A stretch of DNA of 64,000 nt, taken from Mobula hypostoma. Its lineage: Eukaryota. The translations under genes and the position numbers were made by a program. The stretch spans positions 4,774,001-4,838,000 of the forward strand of contig NC_086098.1 in NCBI RefSeq assembly GCF_963921235.1, read 5' to 3'. Below are positions 24,369 through 36,846 of the stretch, in pieces. The notes beneath the pieces are model-generated. The model saw only the letters and a program-made list of their open reading frames with translations, searched no databases and was not told where the DNA came from. Positions within the stretch are counted from its first letter, which is position 1. Each line of letters starts with the position of its first letter.

Positions 24369-27300
24369 ATCCGCCCTGCTCTGCTGGGGGAGAAGCTGAC
24401 AGCGATGCAGGTGGATGCTTCCCTGGTATCATGGATTCTTGATTACCTGACTGGCAGACCACAGTACGTGTGCTTGCAACACTGTGTGTCCGACAGAGTG
24501 ATCAGCAGCACTGGGGCTCCACAGGGGACTGTCTTGTCTCCCTTTCTCTTCACCATTTACACCTCGGACTTCAACTACTGCACAGAGTCTTGTCATCTTC
24601 AGAAGTTTTCGGATGACTCTGCCATAGCTGGATGCATCAGCAAGGGAGATGAGGCTGAGTACAGGGCTACAGTAGGAAACTTTGTCACATGGTGTGAGCA
24701 GAATTATCTGCAGCTTAATGTGAAAAAGACTAAGGAGCTGGTGGTAGACCTGAGGAGAGCTAAGGTACCGGTGACCCCTGTTTCCATCCAGGGGGTCAGT
24801 GTGGACATGGTGGAGGATTACAAATACCTGGGGATATGAATTGACAATAAACTGGACTGGTCAAAGAACACTGAGGCTGTCTACAAGAAGGGTCAGAGCC
24901 GTCTCTATTTCCTGAGGAGACTGAGGTCCTTTAACAGCTGCCGGACGATGCTGAGGATGTTCTACGAGTCTGTGGTGGCCAGTGCAATCATGTTTGCTGT
25001 TGTGTGCTGGGGCAGCAGGCTGAGGGTAGCAGACACCAACAGAATCAACAAACTCATTCATAAGGCCAGTGATGTTGTGGGGATGGAACTGGACTCTCTC
25101 ACGGTGGTGTCTGAAAAGAGGATACCGTCCATGTTGCATGCCATCTTGGACAATGTCTCCCCTCCACTACATAAAGGATGGGTTACACTTGAATCCTAGG
25201 GGAACCAATATCCTGGCAGGGAGATTAGCGAGGGCTACTGAGGTGACTTTAAACTAGAATGGTTGGGGGGTGGGAATCAAATTAAAGAGGCTAGGCGAGA
25301 GGAGGTTAGTTCACAACAGGGGGATGGGAACCAGTGCAGAGAGACGGAGGGGTGTAAAGTGAGGGTAGAAGCAAAAAGTAGTAAGGAGAAAAGTAAAAGT
25401 GGCAGGCCAACAAATCCAGGGCAAGCATCAAAAAGGGCCACTTTTCAACATAATTGTATAAGGGCTAAGAGAGTTGTAAAGGAGCGCCTGAAGGCTTTGT
25501 GTGTCAATGCAAGGAGCATTCGTAACAAGGTGGATGAATTGAAAGTGCAGATTGTTATTAATGATTATGATATAGTTGGGATCACAGAGACATGGCTCCA
25601 GAGTGACCAAAGATGGGAGCTCAACGTTCAGGGATATTCAATATTCAGGAGGGATAGACATGAAAGAAAAGGAGGTGGGGTGGTGTTGTTGGTTAAAGAG
25701 GAGATTAACGCAATAGAAAGGAAGGACATAAGCCAGGAAGATGTGGAATCGATATGGGTAGAGCTGCATAACACTAAGGGGCAGAAAACGTGGTGGGAGT
25801 TGTGTACAGGCCACCTAACAGTAGTAGTGTGGTCGGAGATGGTATTAAACAGGAAATTAGAAATGTGTGCAATAAAGGAACAGCAGTTATAATGGGTGAC
25901 TTTAATCTACATGTAGATTGGGGAACCAAATTGGTAAAGGTGCTGAGGAAGAGGATTTCTTGGAATGTATGCGGGATGGTTTTTTGAACCAACATGTCGA
26001 GGAACCAACTAGAGAGCAGGCTATTCTGGACTGGGTATTGAGCAATGAGGAAGGGTTAATTAGCAATCTTGTCGTGAGAGGCCCCTTGGGTAAGAGTGAC
26101 CATAATATGGTGGAATTCTTCATTAGGATGGAGAGTGACATAGTTAATTCAGAAACAAAGGTTCTGAACTTAAAGAGGGGTAACTTTGAAGGTATGAGAC
26201 GTAAATTAGCTAAGATAGACTGGCAAATGACACTTAAAGGATTGACGGTGGATATGCAATGGCAGGCATTTAAAGATTGCATGGATGAACTACAACAATT
26301 ATTCATCCCAGTTTGGCAAAAGAATAAATCAAGGAAGGTAGTGCACCCGTGGCTGACAAGAGAAATTAGGGATAGTATCAATTCCAAAGAAGAAGCATAC
26401 AAATTAGCCAGAAAAAGTGGCTCACCTGAGGACTGGGAGAAATTTAGAGTTCAGCAGAGGAGGACAAAGGGCTTAATTAGGAAGGGGAAAAAAGATTGAG
26501 AGAAAACTGGCAGGGAACATAAAAACTGACTGTAAAAGCTTTTATAGATATGTAAAAAGGAAAAGACTGGTAAAGACAAATGTAGGTCCCCTACAGACAG
26601 AAACAGGTGAATTGATTATGGGGAGCAAGGACATGGCAGACCAATTGAATAATTACTTTGGTTCTGTCTTCACTAAGGAGGACATAAATAATCTTCCAGA
26701 AATAGTAGGGGACAGAGGGTCCAGTGAGATGGAGGAACTGAGCGAAATACATGTTAGTGGGGAAGTGGTGTTAGGTAAATTGAAGGGATTAAAGGCAGAT
26801 AAATCCCCAGGGCCAGATGGTCTGCATCCTAGAGTGCTTAAGGAAGTAGCCCAAGAAATAGTGGATGCATTAGTTATAATTTTTCAAAACTCATTAGATT
26901 CTGGACTAGTTCCTGAGGATTGGAGGTTGGCTAATGTTACCCCACTTTTTAAAAAAGGAGGGAGAGAGGAACCGGGGAATTATAGACTGGTTAGCCTAAC
27001 GTCGGTGGTGGGGAAACTGCTGGAGTCAGTTATCAAAGGTGTGATAACAGCACATTTGGAAAGCGGTGAAATCATCGGACAAAGTCAGCATGGATTTCTG
27101 AAAGGAAAATCATGTCTGACGAATCTCATAGAATTTTTTGAGGATGTAACTAGTAGAGTGGATAGTGGAGAACCAGTGGATGTGGTATATTTGGATTTTC
27201 AAAAGGCTTTTGACAAGGTCCCACACAGGAGATTAGTGTGCAAACTTAAAGCACACGGTATTGGGGGTAAGGTATTGATGTGGATAGAGAATTGATTAGC

Positions 27301-28635
27301 AGACAGGAAGCAAAGAGTGGGAGTAAATGGGACCTTTTCAGAATGGCAGGCAGTGACTAGTGGGGTACCGTAAGGCTCAGTGCTGGGACCCCAGTTGTTT
27401 ACAATATATATTAATGACTTGGATGAGGGAATTAAATACAGCATCTCCAAGTTTGCAGATGACACGAAGCTGGGCGGCAGTGTTAGCTGTGAGGAAGATG
27501 CTAAGAGGATGCAGGGTGACTTGGATAGGTTGGGTGAGTGGGCAAATTCATGCAGATGCAATTTAATGTGGATAAACGTGAAGTTATCCACTTTGGTGGC
27601 AAAAATAGGAAAACAGATTATTATCTGAATGGTGGCCGATTAGGAAAAGGGGAGGTGCAACGAGACCTGGGTGTCGTTACACACCAGTCATTGAAAGTGG
27701 GCATGCAGGTACAGCAGGCGGTGAAAAAGGCGAATGGTATGCTGGCATTTATAGCGAGAGGATTCGAGTACAGGAGCAGGGAGGTACTACTGCAGTTGTA
27801 CAAGGCCTTGGTGAGACCACACCTGGAGTACTGTGTGCAGTTTTGGTCTCCTAATCTGAGGAATGACATCCTTGCCATAGAGGGAGTACAAAGAAGGTTC
27901 ACCAGATTGATTCCTGGGATGGCAGGACTTTCATATGAAGAAAGACTGGTTGAACTGGGCTTGTACTCGTTGGAATTTAGAAGATTGAGGGGGGATCTGA
28001 TTGAAACGTATAAAATCCTAAAGGGATTGGACAGGCTAGCCGCAGGAAGATTGTTCCCGATGTTGGGGAAGTCCAGAACGAGGGGTCACAGTTTGAGGAT
28101 AAAGGGGAAGCCTTTTAGGACTGAGATTAGGAAAAACTTCTTCACACAGAGAGTGGTGAATCTGTGGAATTCTCTGCCACAGGAAACAGTTGAGGCCAGT
28201 TCATTGGCTATATTTAAGAGGGAGTTAGATATGGCCCTTGTGGCTACGGGGATCAGGGGGTATGGAGGGAAGGCTGGTGCAGGGTTCTGAGTTGGATGAT
28301 CAGCCATGATCATAATAAATGGCGGTGCAGGCTCGAAGGGCCAAATGGCCTACTCCTGCACCTATTTTCTATGTTTTCTATAATGTACTGGTTGGGCACA
28401 GGAGTACATTCAGCCAGTGACTCATTCCATCGAGATGCAGCACAGAGCGTCATAGGAAGTCATTCCTGCCTGTGGCCATCAAACTTTACAACTTCTCCCT
28501 TGGAGGGTCAGACACCCTGAGCCAATAGGCTGGTCCTGGACTTATTTCCTGGCGTAATTTACATATTACTATTTAACTATTTATGGTTAACGAAAACCAG
28601 TTTCCCCCGGGATCAATAAAGTATGACTATGACTA
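24369..28635 (+). mobile_element. Rex1/Babar-like LINE 3' half nested in CR1; itself split at about 25172/28380
   Basis: GAPQGTVLSPFLF, KFSDDSAI and KGQSRLYFLRRLRSF; ends CAATAAAGTATGACTATGACTAT. Confidence 0.8.
25173..28380 (+). mobile_element. Young CR1 (subfamily C): ORF1 end plus nearly complete ORF2 with a few frameshifts and stops
   Basis: Consecutive ORFs covering endonuclease (CVNARSIRNK, ITETWL, SDHN) and RT ([11 protein letters not shown]); highly similar to 40365-41761 and 52558-54395. Confidence 0.92.
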
Positions 28636-30607
28636 TAGGCAGGTGATAGACAAGGGACGCGCTCAGTCCGATGATTTGAGATGTGTCTATTTTAATGCAA
28701 GGAGTATTATGAATAAAGTGGATGAGCTTAGAGCGTGAATCAGCACTTGGAGGTATGATGTCGTGACCATTACAGAGACTTGGATGGTGCAGGGGCAGGA
28801 ATAGCTACTTCAAGTACCAGGCTTTAGATGTTTCAGAAAGGATAGGGAGGGAGGCAAAAGAGATGGGGTGGGCACTGTTGATTCGAGATAGTGTCACGGC
28901 TGTAGAAAAGGAGGAAGTCATGGAGGGGATGTCTACGGAGTCTATGTGGGTGGAAGTTAGGAATAGGAAGGGGTCAATAACTTTACTGGGTTTTTTTTAT
29001 AGACCACCCAATAGTAACAGGGACATCAAGGAGCAGATGGAGAGACAGATTCTGGAAAGGAGTAATAATAGCAGGGTTGTTGTGGTGGGAGATTTTAATT
29101 TCCCAAATATTGATTGACATCTCCCTAGAGCAAGGGGTTTAGATGGGGTGGAGTTTGTTAGGTGCGTTCAGGAAGTTTTCCTGACACAATATGTAGATGA
29201 ACCTACAAGAGGAGAGGCTGTACTTGATCTGGTATTGGGAAATGAACCTGGTCAGGTGTCGGGTCTCTCAGTGGGAGAGCATTTTGGAGATAGTGATCAC
29301 AATTCTATCTCCTTTAGCATAGCATTGGAGAGGGATAGGAACAGACAAGGTAGGGAAATGTTTAATTGGAGTAAGGAGAACTATGAGGCTATCAGGCAGG
29401 AACTTGGAAGCATCTTGGGGATAGTCAGAGGCTTTTTCCCAGGGCTGAAGTGGTTGCCACGAGAGGGCAGAGGTTTAAGGTGCTGGGGAGTAGGTACAGA
29501 GGAGATGTCAGGGGTAAGTTTTTTACGCAGAGAGTGGTGAGTGCGTGGAATGGGCTGCCAGCAATGATGGTGGAGGTGGATACGATACGGTCTTTTAGGA
29601 GACTTTTGGATAGGTACATGGAGCTTAGAAAATTAGAGGGCTATGGGTAACCCTAGTAATTTCTAAGGTAAGGACATGTTCGGCACAACTTCGTGGGCCA
29701 AAGGGCCTGTATTGTGTTGTAGATTTTCTATGTTTCCATGTTTCTAGAAATTGGAAACAGATGTTCTCAAGGAAACATACCAAAGAAATATTGCAAATGT
29801 TCAGGGGATATTTGCGTGGAGTTCTGAGTCGGTGCATTCAGATGAGACAGGGAAAGGATGGTACGGTACAAGATCTGTGGTGTACAAAGGCTGCTGCAAA
29901 CCTTTGTCAAGAAGTGAAAAAGAGCTGATGAAAGGTTCAAAAAACTAGGTAATAAAATGAATCTAGAAGATTATAAGGCTAGCAGGAAGGAGCCGAAGAA
30001 TGAAATTGGGAGAGCCAGAAGGGACCATGAGAAGGCCTTGGTGGGCAGAATTAAGGAAAACCCCAAGGCATTCTACAAGTATGTGAAGAGCAAGATGATA
30101 AGACATAAGAGAATAGGACCAATCAAGTGTGACAGTGGAAAAGTGTGTATGGAACCGGAGGAAATAGAGGAGGTACTTAATGAATACTTTGCTTCATTAA
30201 TTCACTACGGAAAACTATCTAGGCGATCGTAGGGATGACTTACAGTGGACTAAAAAGCTTGAGCATGTAGATATTAAGAAAGAGGATGTGCTAGAGCTTT
30301 TGGAAAGCATCAAGTTGGATAAGTCACCGGGACCAGACAGGATGTACCCCAGGCTACTGTGGGAGGTGTGGGAGGTGAGGGAAGAGATTGCTGAGCCTCC
30401 GGCAATGATCTTTGTATCATCAATGAGGATGGGAGAGGTTCCAGAGGATTGGAGAGTTGCGGATGTTGTTCCCTTATTCAAGAAAGGGAGTAAAGATAGC
30501 CCAGGAAATTATAAACCAGTGAGTCTTACTTCAGTGGTTGGTAAGTTGATGGAGAAGATCCTGAGAGGCAGGATTTATGAACGTTTGGAGAGGCATAATA
30601 TGATTAG

Positions 30608-30919
30608 TGTGGGCACGTGGCCAAGTGGTTAAAGCATTGGACTAGCGACCTGAAGGTCGTGAGTTCAAGCCCCAGCCGAGGGAACGTGTTGTGTCCTTGA
30701 GCAAGGCACTTAATCACACATTGCTCTGCGATGACACTGGTGCCAAGCTGTATGGGTCCTAATGTCCTTCCCTTGGACAACATTGGTGTCGTGGAAAGGG
30801 GAGACTTGCAGCATGGGCAACTGCTGGTCTTCCATACAACCTTGCCCAGGCCTGCGCCCTGGAGAGTGAAGACTTTCCAGGCGCAGATCCATGGTCTTGC
30901 AAGACTAATGGATGCCTTA
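30608..30919 (+). mobile_element. tRNA-derived SINE with 11-bp TSD
   Basis: A box TGGCCAAGTGG, B box GAGTTCAAGCC, and CORE-like GTGTCCTTGAGCAAGGCACTT. TSD AATATGATTAG at 30597-30607 and 30920-30930. Confidence 0.88.
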
Positions 30920-32435
30920 AATATGATTAGGAATAGTCAGCATGACTTTGTCAAAGGCAGGTTGTGTCTTATGAGCCTGATTGTATTTTTTGAGGATGTG
31001 ACTAAACACATTGATGAAGGTAGAGCAGTAGATGTAGTGTATATGGATTTCAGCAAGGTATTTCATAAGGTACCCCATACAAGGCTTATTGAGAAAGTAA
31101 GGAGACATGGGATCCAAGGGGACATTGCTTTGTGGATCCAGAACTGGCTTGCCCACAGAAGGCAAAGAGTGGTTGTAGAGGGGTCATATTCTGCATGGAA
31201 GTTGGTGACCAGTGGTGTGCCTCAGGGATCTGTTCTGGGACCCCTACTCTTTGTGATTATTATAAATGACCAGGATGAGGAAGTGGAGAGATGGATTAGT
31301 AAATTTGCTGATGACACAAACGTTGGGTGTGTTGTGGATAGTGTGCAGGGCTGTCAGATGTTACAATGGGACATTGATAGGATGCAAACAGGGCTGAGAA
31401 GTGGCAGATGGAGTTCAACCCAGATAAGTGTGAGGTGGTTCATTTTGGTAGGTCAAATATGCTGGCAGAATATAGTCTTAATGGTAAAACTCCAGGCAAT
31501 GTGGAGGATCAGAGGGATCTTGGGGTCCGAGTCCATAGGATGCTCAAAGCTGCTACACAGGTTGACTCTGTTGTTAAGAAGGCATACGGTGCATTGGCCT
31601 TCATCAGTCGTGGGATTGAGTTTAAGAGCTGAGAGATAATGAGAGGCATTGATCATGTGGATAGTCAGAAGCTTTTCTCCATGGCTGAAATGGCTAGCAT
31701 GAGAGGGCACAGTTTTAAGGTGCTTGGAAGTAGTTACAGAGGAGATGTCAGGGGTAAGTTTTTTACGCAGAGAGTGGTGAGAGCGTGGAATGGGCTGCCA
31801 GTGGCAGTGGTGGAGGCAGAAATGATAGGGTCTTTTAAGAGACTCCTGGATGCCTACATGGAGCTTAGAAAAATAGAGGGCTATGGGTAAAACCTAGGTA
31901 GTTCTAAGATAAGGACATGTTCGGCACAGTTTTGTGGGCCAGAGGACCTGTATTGTGCTGTATGTTTTCTATGTTTCTAACAGAAAGTTCCTTAGTGTGC
32001 ACGTAATGGATGATCTAACCTGCAACCACAACTTCTCATTAGTCAAGAACAGACAGCGGGGTCTACTCTTTGAGGAGATTGAGGTGTGCAAGGCTCTCCA
32101 CTCACATTCTAACAGTTCTCAACAGGAGCATCACCGAGAGCATTCTGGCTGCAGCATTGTGTGGTATGGGAGCTAGAAGACTTTGGACCACAAGACCAGA
32201 CAGAGGACAGTAAAAAAGCATCACTGGGGTCTCCCCACATACCTATTTGGAACATTTACCGGGAGCGTTGTGTACAAAGGCCACAAACTGTTGAAAAGCC
32301 TGGATAGAGTGGATGTGGAGAGGATGTTTCCTATAGTGAGGGAGTCTAGGACCAGAGGACACAGCATCAGAATAGAGGAATACCCCTTTAGAATAAAGAT
32401 GAGGAGGAATTTCTTTAGCCCAAGGGTGGTGAATC

Positions 32436-33215
32436 TAGTCATAGTCATACTTTATTGATCCCGGGGGAAATTGGTTTTTGTTACAGTTGCACCATAAATA
32501 ATAAATAGTAATAAAACCATAAATAGTTAAATAGTAATACGTAAATTATGCCAGGAAGTAAGTCCAGGATCAGCCTATTGGCTCAGCGTGTCTGACCCTC
32601 CAAGGTAGGAGTTGTAAAGTTTGATGGCCACAGGCAGGAATGACTTCCTATGACGCTCTGTGCTGCATCTCGGTGGAATGAGTCACTGGCTGAATGTACT
32701 CCTGTGCCCACCCAGTACATTATGTAGTGGATGGGAGACATTGTCCAAGATGGCATGCAACTTAGACAGCATCCTCTTTTCAGACACCACCGTCAGAGAG
32801 TCCAGTTCCATCCCCACAACATCACTGGCCTTACGAATGAGTTTGTTGATTCTGTTGGTGTCTGCTACCCTCAGCCTGCTGCCCCAGCACACAACAGCAA
32901 AAATGATAGCACTGGCCACTACAAACTCGTAGAACATCCTCAGTATCGTCCGTCAGATGTTAAAGGACCTCAGTCTCCTCAGGAAATAGAGACAGCTCTG
33001 ACCCTTCTTGTAGCGTAGCCCTGTACTCAGCCTCATCTCCCCTGCTGATGCATCCAACTATGGCAGAGTCATCAGAAAACTTCTGAAGATGACAAGACTC
33101 TGTGCAGTAGTTGAAGTCCGAGGTGTAAATGGTGAAGAGAAAGGGAGACAAGACAGTCCCCTGTGGAGCCCCAGTGCTGCTGATCACTCTGTCGGACACA
33201 CAGTGTTGCAAGCAA
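32436..33215 (-). mobile_element. Rex1-like LINE 3' part with internal deletion, inserted in a CR1 3' fragment
   Basis: Same family as 24369-28635; (ATGACT)n tail at about 32437-32450. Confidence 0.85.
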
Positions 33216-33424
33216 TCTGTGGAACTCATTGCCATTGGGTATAATAAAAGCAGAGGTTGACAGTGCTTGATTAGTAGGCGTCTCTAAGGATGCAAGGAAT
33301 AGGCAGGAGAACGGGTTGATAAATCAGCCATGATGGAATGTCATAGTCATAGTCATACTTTATTGATCCTGGGGGAAATTGGTTAAGTCGCAGAGCAAAC
33401 TCAATGGACTGAATGGCCTCATCT

Positions 33425-33700
33425 ATTTATTTGGAGATACGGTGCGAAACTGGCCCTTCCATTCAACAAGCCACCTATTTAACCCGAATGAGATCACAGA
33501 ACAATTTACATTAACAAATTAACCTACCAACCGGGATGTCTTTAGACTGTGAGAGAGAACCAGAGCATCTGGAACAACCCCACGTACACACAGGAAGTAC
33601 GTCCAATCTTTCTTACAGGTGGCACTGGAATTGAACTCTGAACTCCAACACCCCAATCGGTAAAACGTCATGCTACCTGCTACACTACCACAGCGACCAA
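33425..33700 (-). mobile_element. V-SINE/HE1-like SINE
   Basis: Similar to the SINEs at 18147, 19178 and 46990. Confidence 0.6.
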
Positions 33701-35022
33701 GGTGCCCACATCTGTTCCTATGGCTTATGGTTTTGGAGAGCATTTGAAAAGGAGGAAAGAGAACTAGAAGTATGGAATGCTTAGATCCAGAATGCCAAAG
33801 GTTAGGACTTCAGCACAGTGATTAGACCATAAGACAAAGGAGCAGGAGTCGGCCGTTCAGCCCATCGAGTCTGCTCCGCCATTTTATCATGAGCTGATCC
33901 ATTCTCCCATTTAGTCCCACTCCCCTGCCTTCTTCCCATAACCTTTGATGCCCTGGCTACTCAGATACCTATCAATCTCTGCCTTAAATACACAGGCATT
34001 AAATTAACAAGGAAACAATCTAGAAATGATCACAAATTAGTGTACATAAACACACTACAGGTCTCTCTCTGGGATTCGAAGCTCACTTGTGTGATGAAAC
34101 TACTTGTAGTTAAAAATTCAACCAATTTGGTCAAATTGAGCACTGTTACAGATTGTTCCTGCACTATTCCTGATTGATGATTCCTGAATCTGAATAGATT
34201 ACCACACAGGCCACTATTGTTGCTGCTAAACATATGGACTTGATTGTGTTTAGATTTAAATGTGACCAGAATGGCTAAGATTCCCTTTGTACAACAATAG
34301 AGTCATAGAGCACTGCAGCACAGAAACAGGCCCTTTGACTCATTGACCTGCTCCCGGACTATCGCCCCTCCGTACGCCTCCCATCCATGTACCTATCCAA
34401 ATTTCTCGTTCATATTGAAATCAACCCTGCATCCACCATTTGCGCTGGCAGCTCATTCCACACTCTCACCACCCTCTGATTGAAGAAGTTCCCTGCCAGG
34501 TTCCCCTTAAACATTTCACCTTTCACGCTTAACCCATGACCTCTAGTTGTCATCTCACCCAACCTCAGTGGAAGAAGCTTGCTGCCATTAATACTTCAGT
34601 AGGTACCTAAATTCATACTTTGGCATGAGGAAGATATAACTATTTTATAATTTTCAGTTTCTGAGGAATCAAGTGAGATCTTATTTATCTTTTTCTTAAT
34701 CCTTTACTTCATTTGGCATTCACAATTAATTAACACTAAATGTTTTACTTTTAGCCTAAGTTATGCTTGGAATATTTTAACTTTTAAACACTTCATATTA
34801 ATAAGTCAACACTTCTAAAATTAAATGAAAATATGAAATTGAAAACCATCATAACTTGTACTAATTTGACCATAATGTCAGAAAACAGTATTTTGAATAA
34901 CTATTGATGGCTACCAATTTTGTTTTTGCAGCACCAGCAAGATCTTCTCACATAAACACCTGCCTAATAAAACAAAATCCAAAAAACTTGAACACAAAAG
35001 ATTCTATAGATGCTGAAAATCC

Positions 35023-35214
35023 AGAGCAACACACACAAAATGCTGGAGAAACTCAGCAAGTCAGGCAGCATCTATGGAAATGAATAAACAGTTGAGGTTT
35101 CAGGCCGAGACCCTTCAACAGGACACTTCTTGGCCCAAAACATCGACTGTTTATTCCTTTCCATAGGTGCTGCCTGACCTGCTGAGTTCCTCCAGCATTT
35201 TGTGTGTGTTGCTC
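35023..35214. repeat. Palindromic Penelope-terminus-derived mini-element
   Basis: Arms AGAGCAACACACACAAAATGCTGGAG…GGCAGCATCTATGGAAA and TTTCCATAGGTGCTGCC…CTCCAGCATTTTGTGTGTGTTGCTCT. Confidence 0.8.
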
Positions 35215-36063
35215 TTAAAAATCTTTTTAAGTTTTTTCTTCCTTAAAAATATAACAGTAATTATAAATATGATGAGTGCATACTCACAGTGTCTACCTTG
35301 GGGTCAGAATGTACAATACAGATCGGATGTTTTAGCACAAAATTCTTGGGTAAATTCAAAAAAGAACCAGCAACAGCCAGCTAACAGAAGTAACATTTAC
35401 ATCTGTGTCTCATTTTACAGAGGAAGTGATGGGGAGGCAAGTTTTCTAATTCTGTTCAAAGTCTGTGCAAGCCAATGGCTGTTCTGCAGGAATAGATCAG
35501 AAAAATAAACCTTGGTATACTGGCGTTCACAATTCCCCGCTGACCAAGTAAAAACACTGTGGCGGAAGCCGAGCGGGGCAGGAAGCATAACATTCCTGTC
35601 TTTGGCAAATCAATACTGGCTTTAAAGAATGCTTAATAGAAGAGATATGCCTGGAACATGAGGCAGTCATAAATACACAACTGCCAGTGACTGATGTTAT
35701 ATCATGAGAGTTAAATATCCTTTGAGCTTGGAAAACTAACAACTTGAAAAGGAAGCATTGTTGAGAATCCCTACCACACGTCCCACAATCTCTTTGACCC
35801 AATACCATCAGGGAGGAGGTACAGGAGCATCAGGACTAGGACGGCCAGACTGGCTAACAGCTTCCTCCCTCAGTCTGTGAGACTAATGAATACCCTGGCA
35901 CCACCGAGGTCTCGTCACTCAGACAGTGAGCTGTTTGCTGTTTACCTCGGCTGTTCACTACATACATTTTGAATTATAATTTATTAACTTATTGATGGTA
36001 ATATTTTCCTTAACGTGCTGTAGGTGATATATGTTTTGTGAGTGCACTGTGGTCCAGAGGAAC

Positions 36064-36296
36064 TGCTATGTTTTGTAACTTCAAAACATTGAACTAATTC
36101 AAAGGAAGACATGTGAGTCTGGGAATGTGGGTCTAATTTTCTGTTTAAGTGAGGCGTGGTAGCGTGATGACTTATGCAGTTGACGTATTTATATATATAT
36201 AACCCGTAATGAATTATTCAAACAAACAAGAATGCTTAATCAAACTATATATTTATAAGATTACTCAAATATTACTAAAGTATTAAATGCACATCA
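36064..36296. mobile_element. Solo LTR-like element (TG…CA, 5-bp TSD)
   Basis: GGAAC at 36059-36063 and 36297-36301; inserted in a Rex/L2-type 3'UTR. Confidence 0.6.
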
Positions 36297-36304
36297 GGAA
36301 CATT

Positions 36305-36846
36305 CCCGTTCCCATTCTGACATGTCTATCCACGGCCTCCTCTACTGTAAAGATGAAGCCACACTCAGGTTGGAGGAACAACACCTTATATTCCGTCTGG
36401 GTAGCCTCCAACCTGGTGGCATGAACATTGACTTCTCAAACTTTCGCTAATGCCCTACCTCCCGCTCATACCCCATCTGTTATTTATTTATATACACACA
36501 TTCTTTCTCTCTCTCCTTTTTCTCCCTCTGTCCCTCTCACTATACCCCTTGCCCATCCTCTGGTTTCCCCCTCCTCCCTCTTTTCTTTCTCCCTAGGCCT
36601 CCCGTCCCCTGATCTTCTCATATCCCTTTTGCCAATCAACTGTCCAGCTCTTGGCTCCATCCCTCCCCCTCCTGTCTTCTCCTATCATTTTGGATCTCCC
36701 CCTCTCCCTCCCACTTTCAAATCTCTTACTAGCTCTTCCTTCAGTTAGTCCTGACGAAGGGTCTCGGCCTGAAACGTCGACTGTACCTCTTCCTAGAGAT
36801 GCTGCCTGGCCTGCTGCGTTCACCAGCAATTTTTATGTGTGTTGTT
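36305..36846 (+). mobile_element. Penelope-like 3' fragment with 12-bp TSD
   Basis: RLEEQHLIFRLGSLQPGGMNIDF. TSD ATCAGGAACATT at 36293-36304 and 36847-36858. Confidence 0.85.
36747..36782 (+). ncRNA. Minimal type I hammerhead ribozyme motif in the Penelope terminus
   Basis: AGTC-CTGACGA-AGGGTCTCGGCCT-GAAA-CGTC/GACT. Stem I AGTC/GACT, intact core, palindromic ACGT stem III. Confidence 0.7.

Larger units (their letters stand above)
24003..31980 (+). mobile_element. Long CR1 (subfamily A) from the ORF1 SGNH/esterase-like end through ORF2 and tail, hosting nested insertions
   Basis: VVISGLLPVP…DGLHLNPRGTNIL at 24003-24275. Host resumes at about 28636 (NARSIMNK endonuclease) and runs to a TTTCTATG tail at about 31978. 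Confidence 0.8.

Noticed and set aside
30608..30680. tRNA gene
   Set aside because: tRNA-like head of a TSD-flanked SINE, continuing into a SINE body.
30731..31639. 302-aa ORF as a novel gene
   Set aside because: Chance fusion of SINE sequence with CR1 RT that shifts out of frame near its end.
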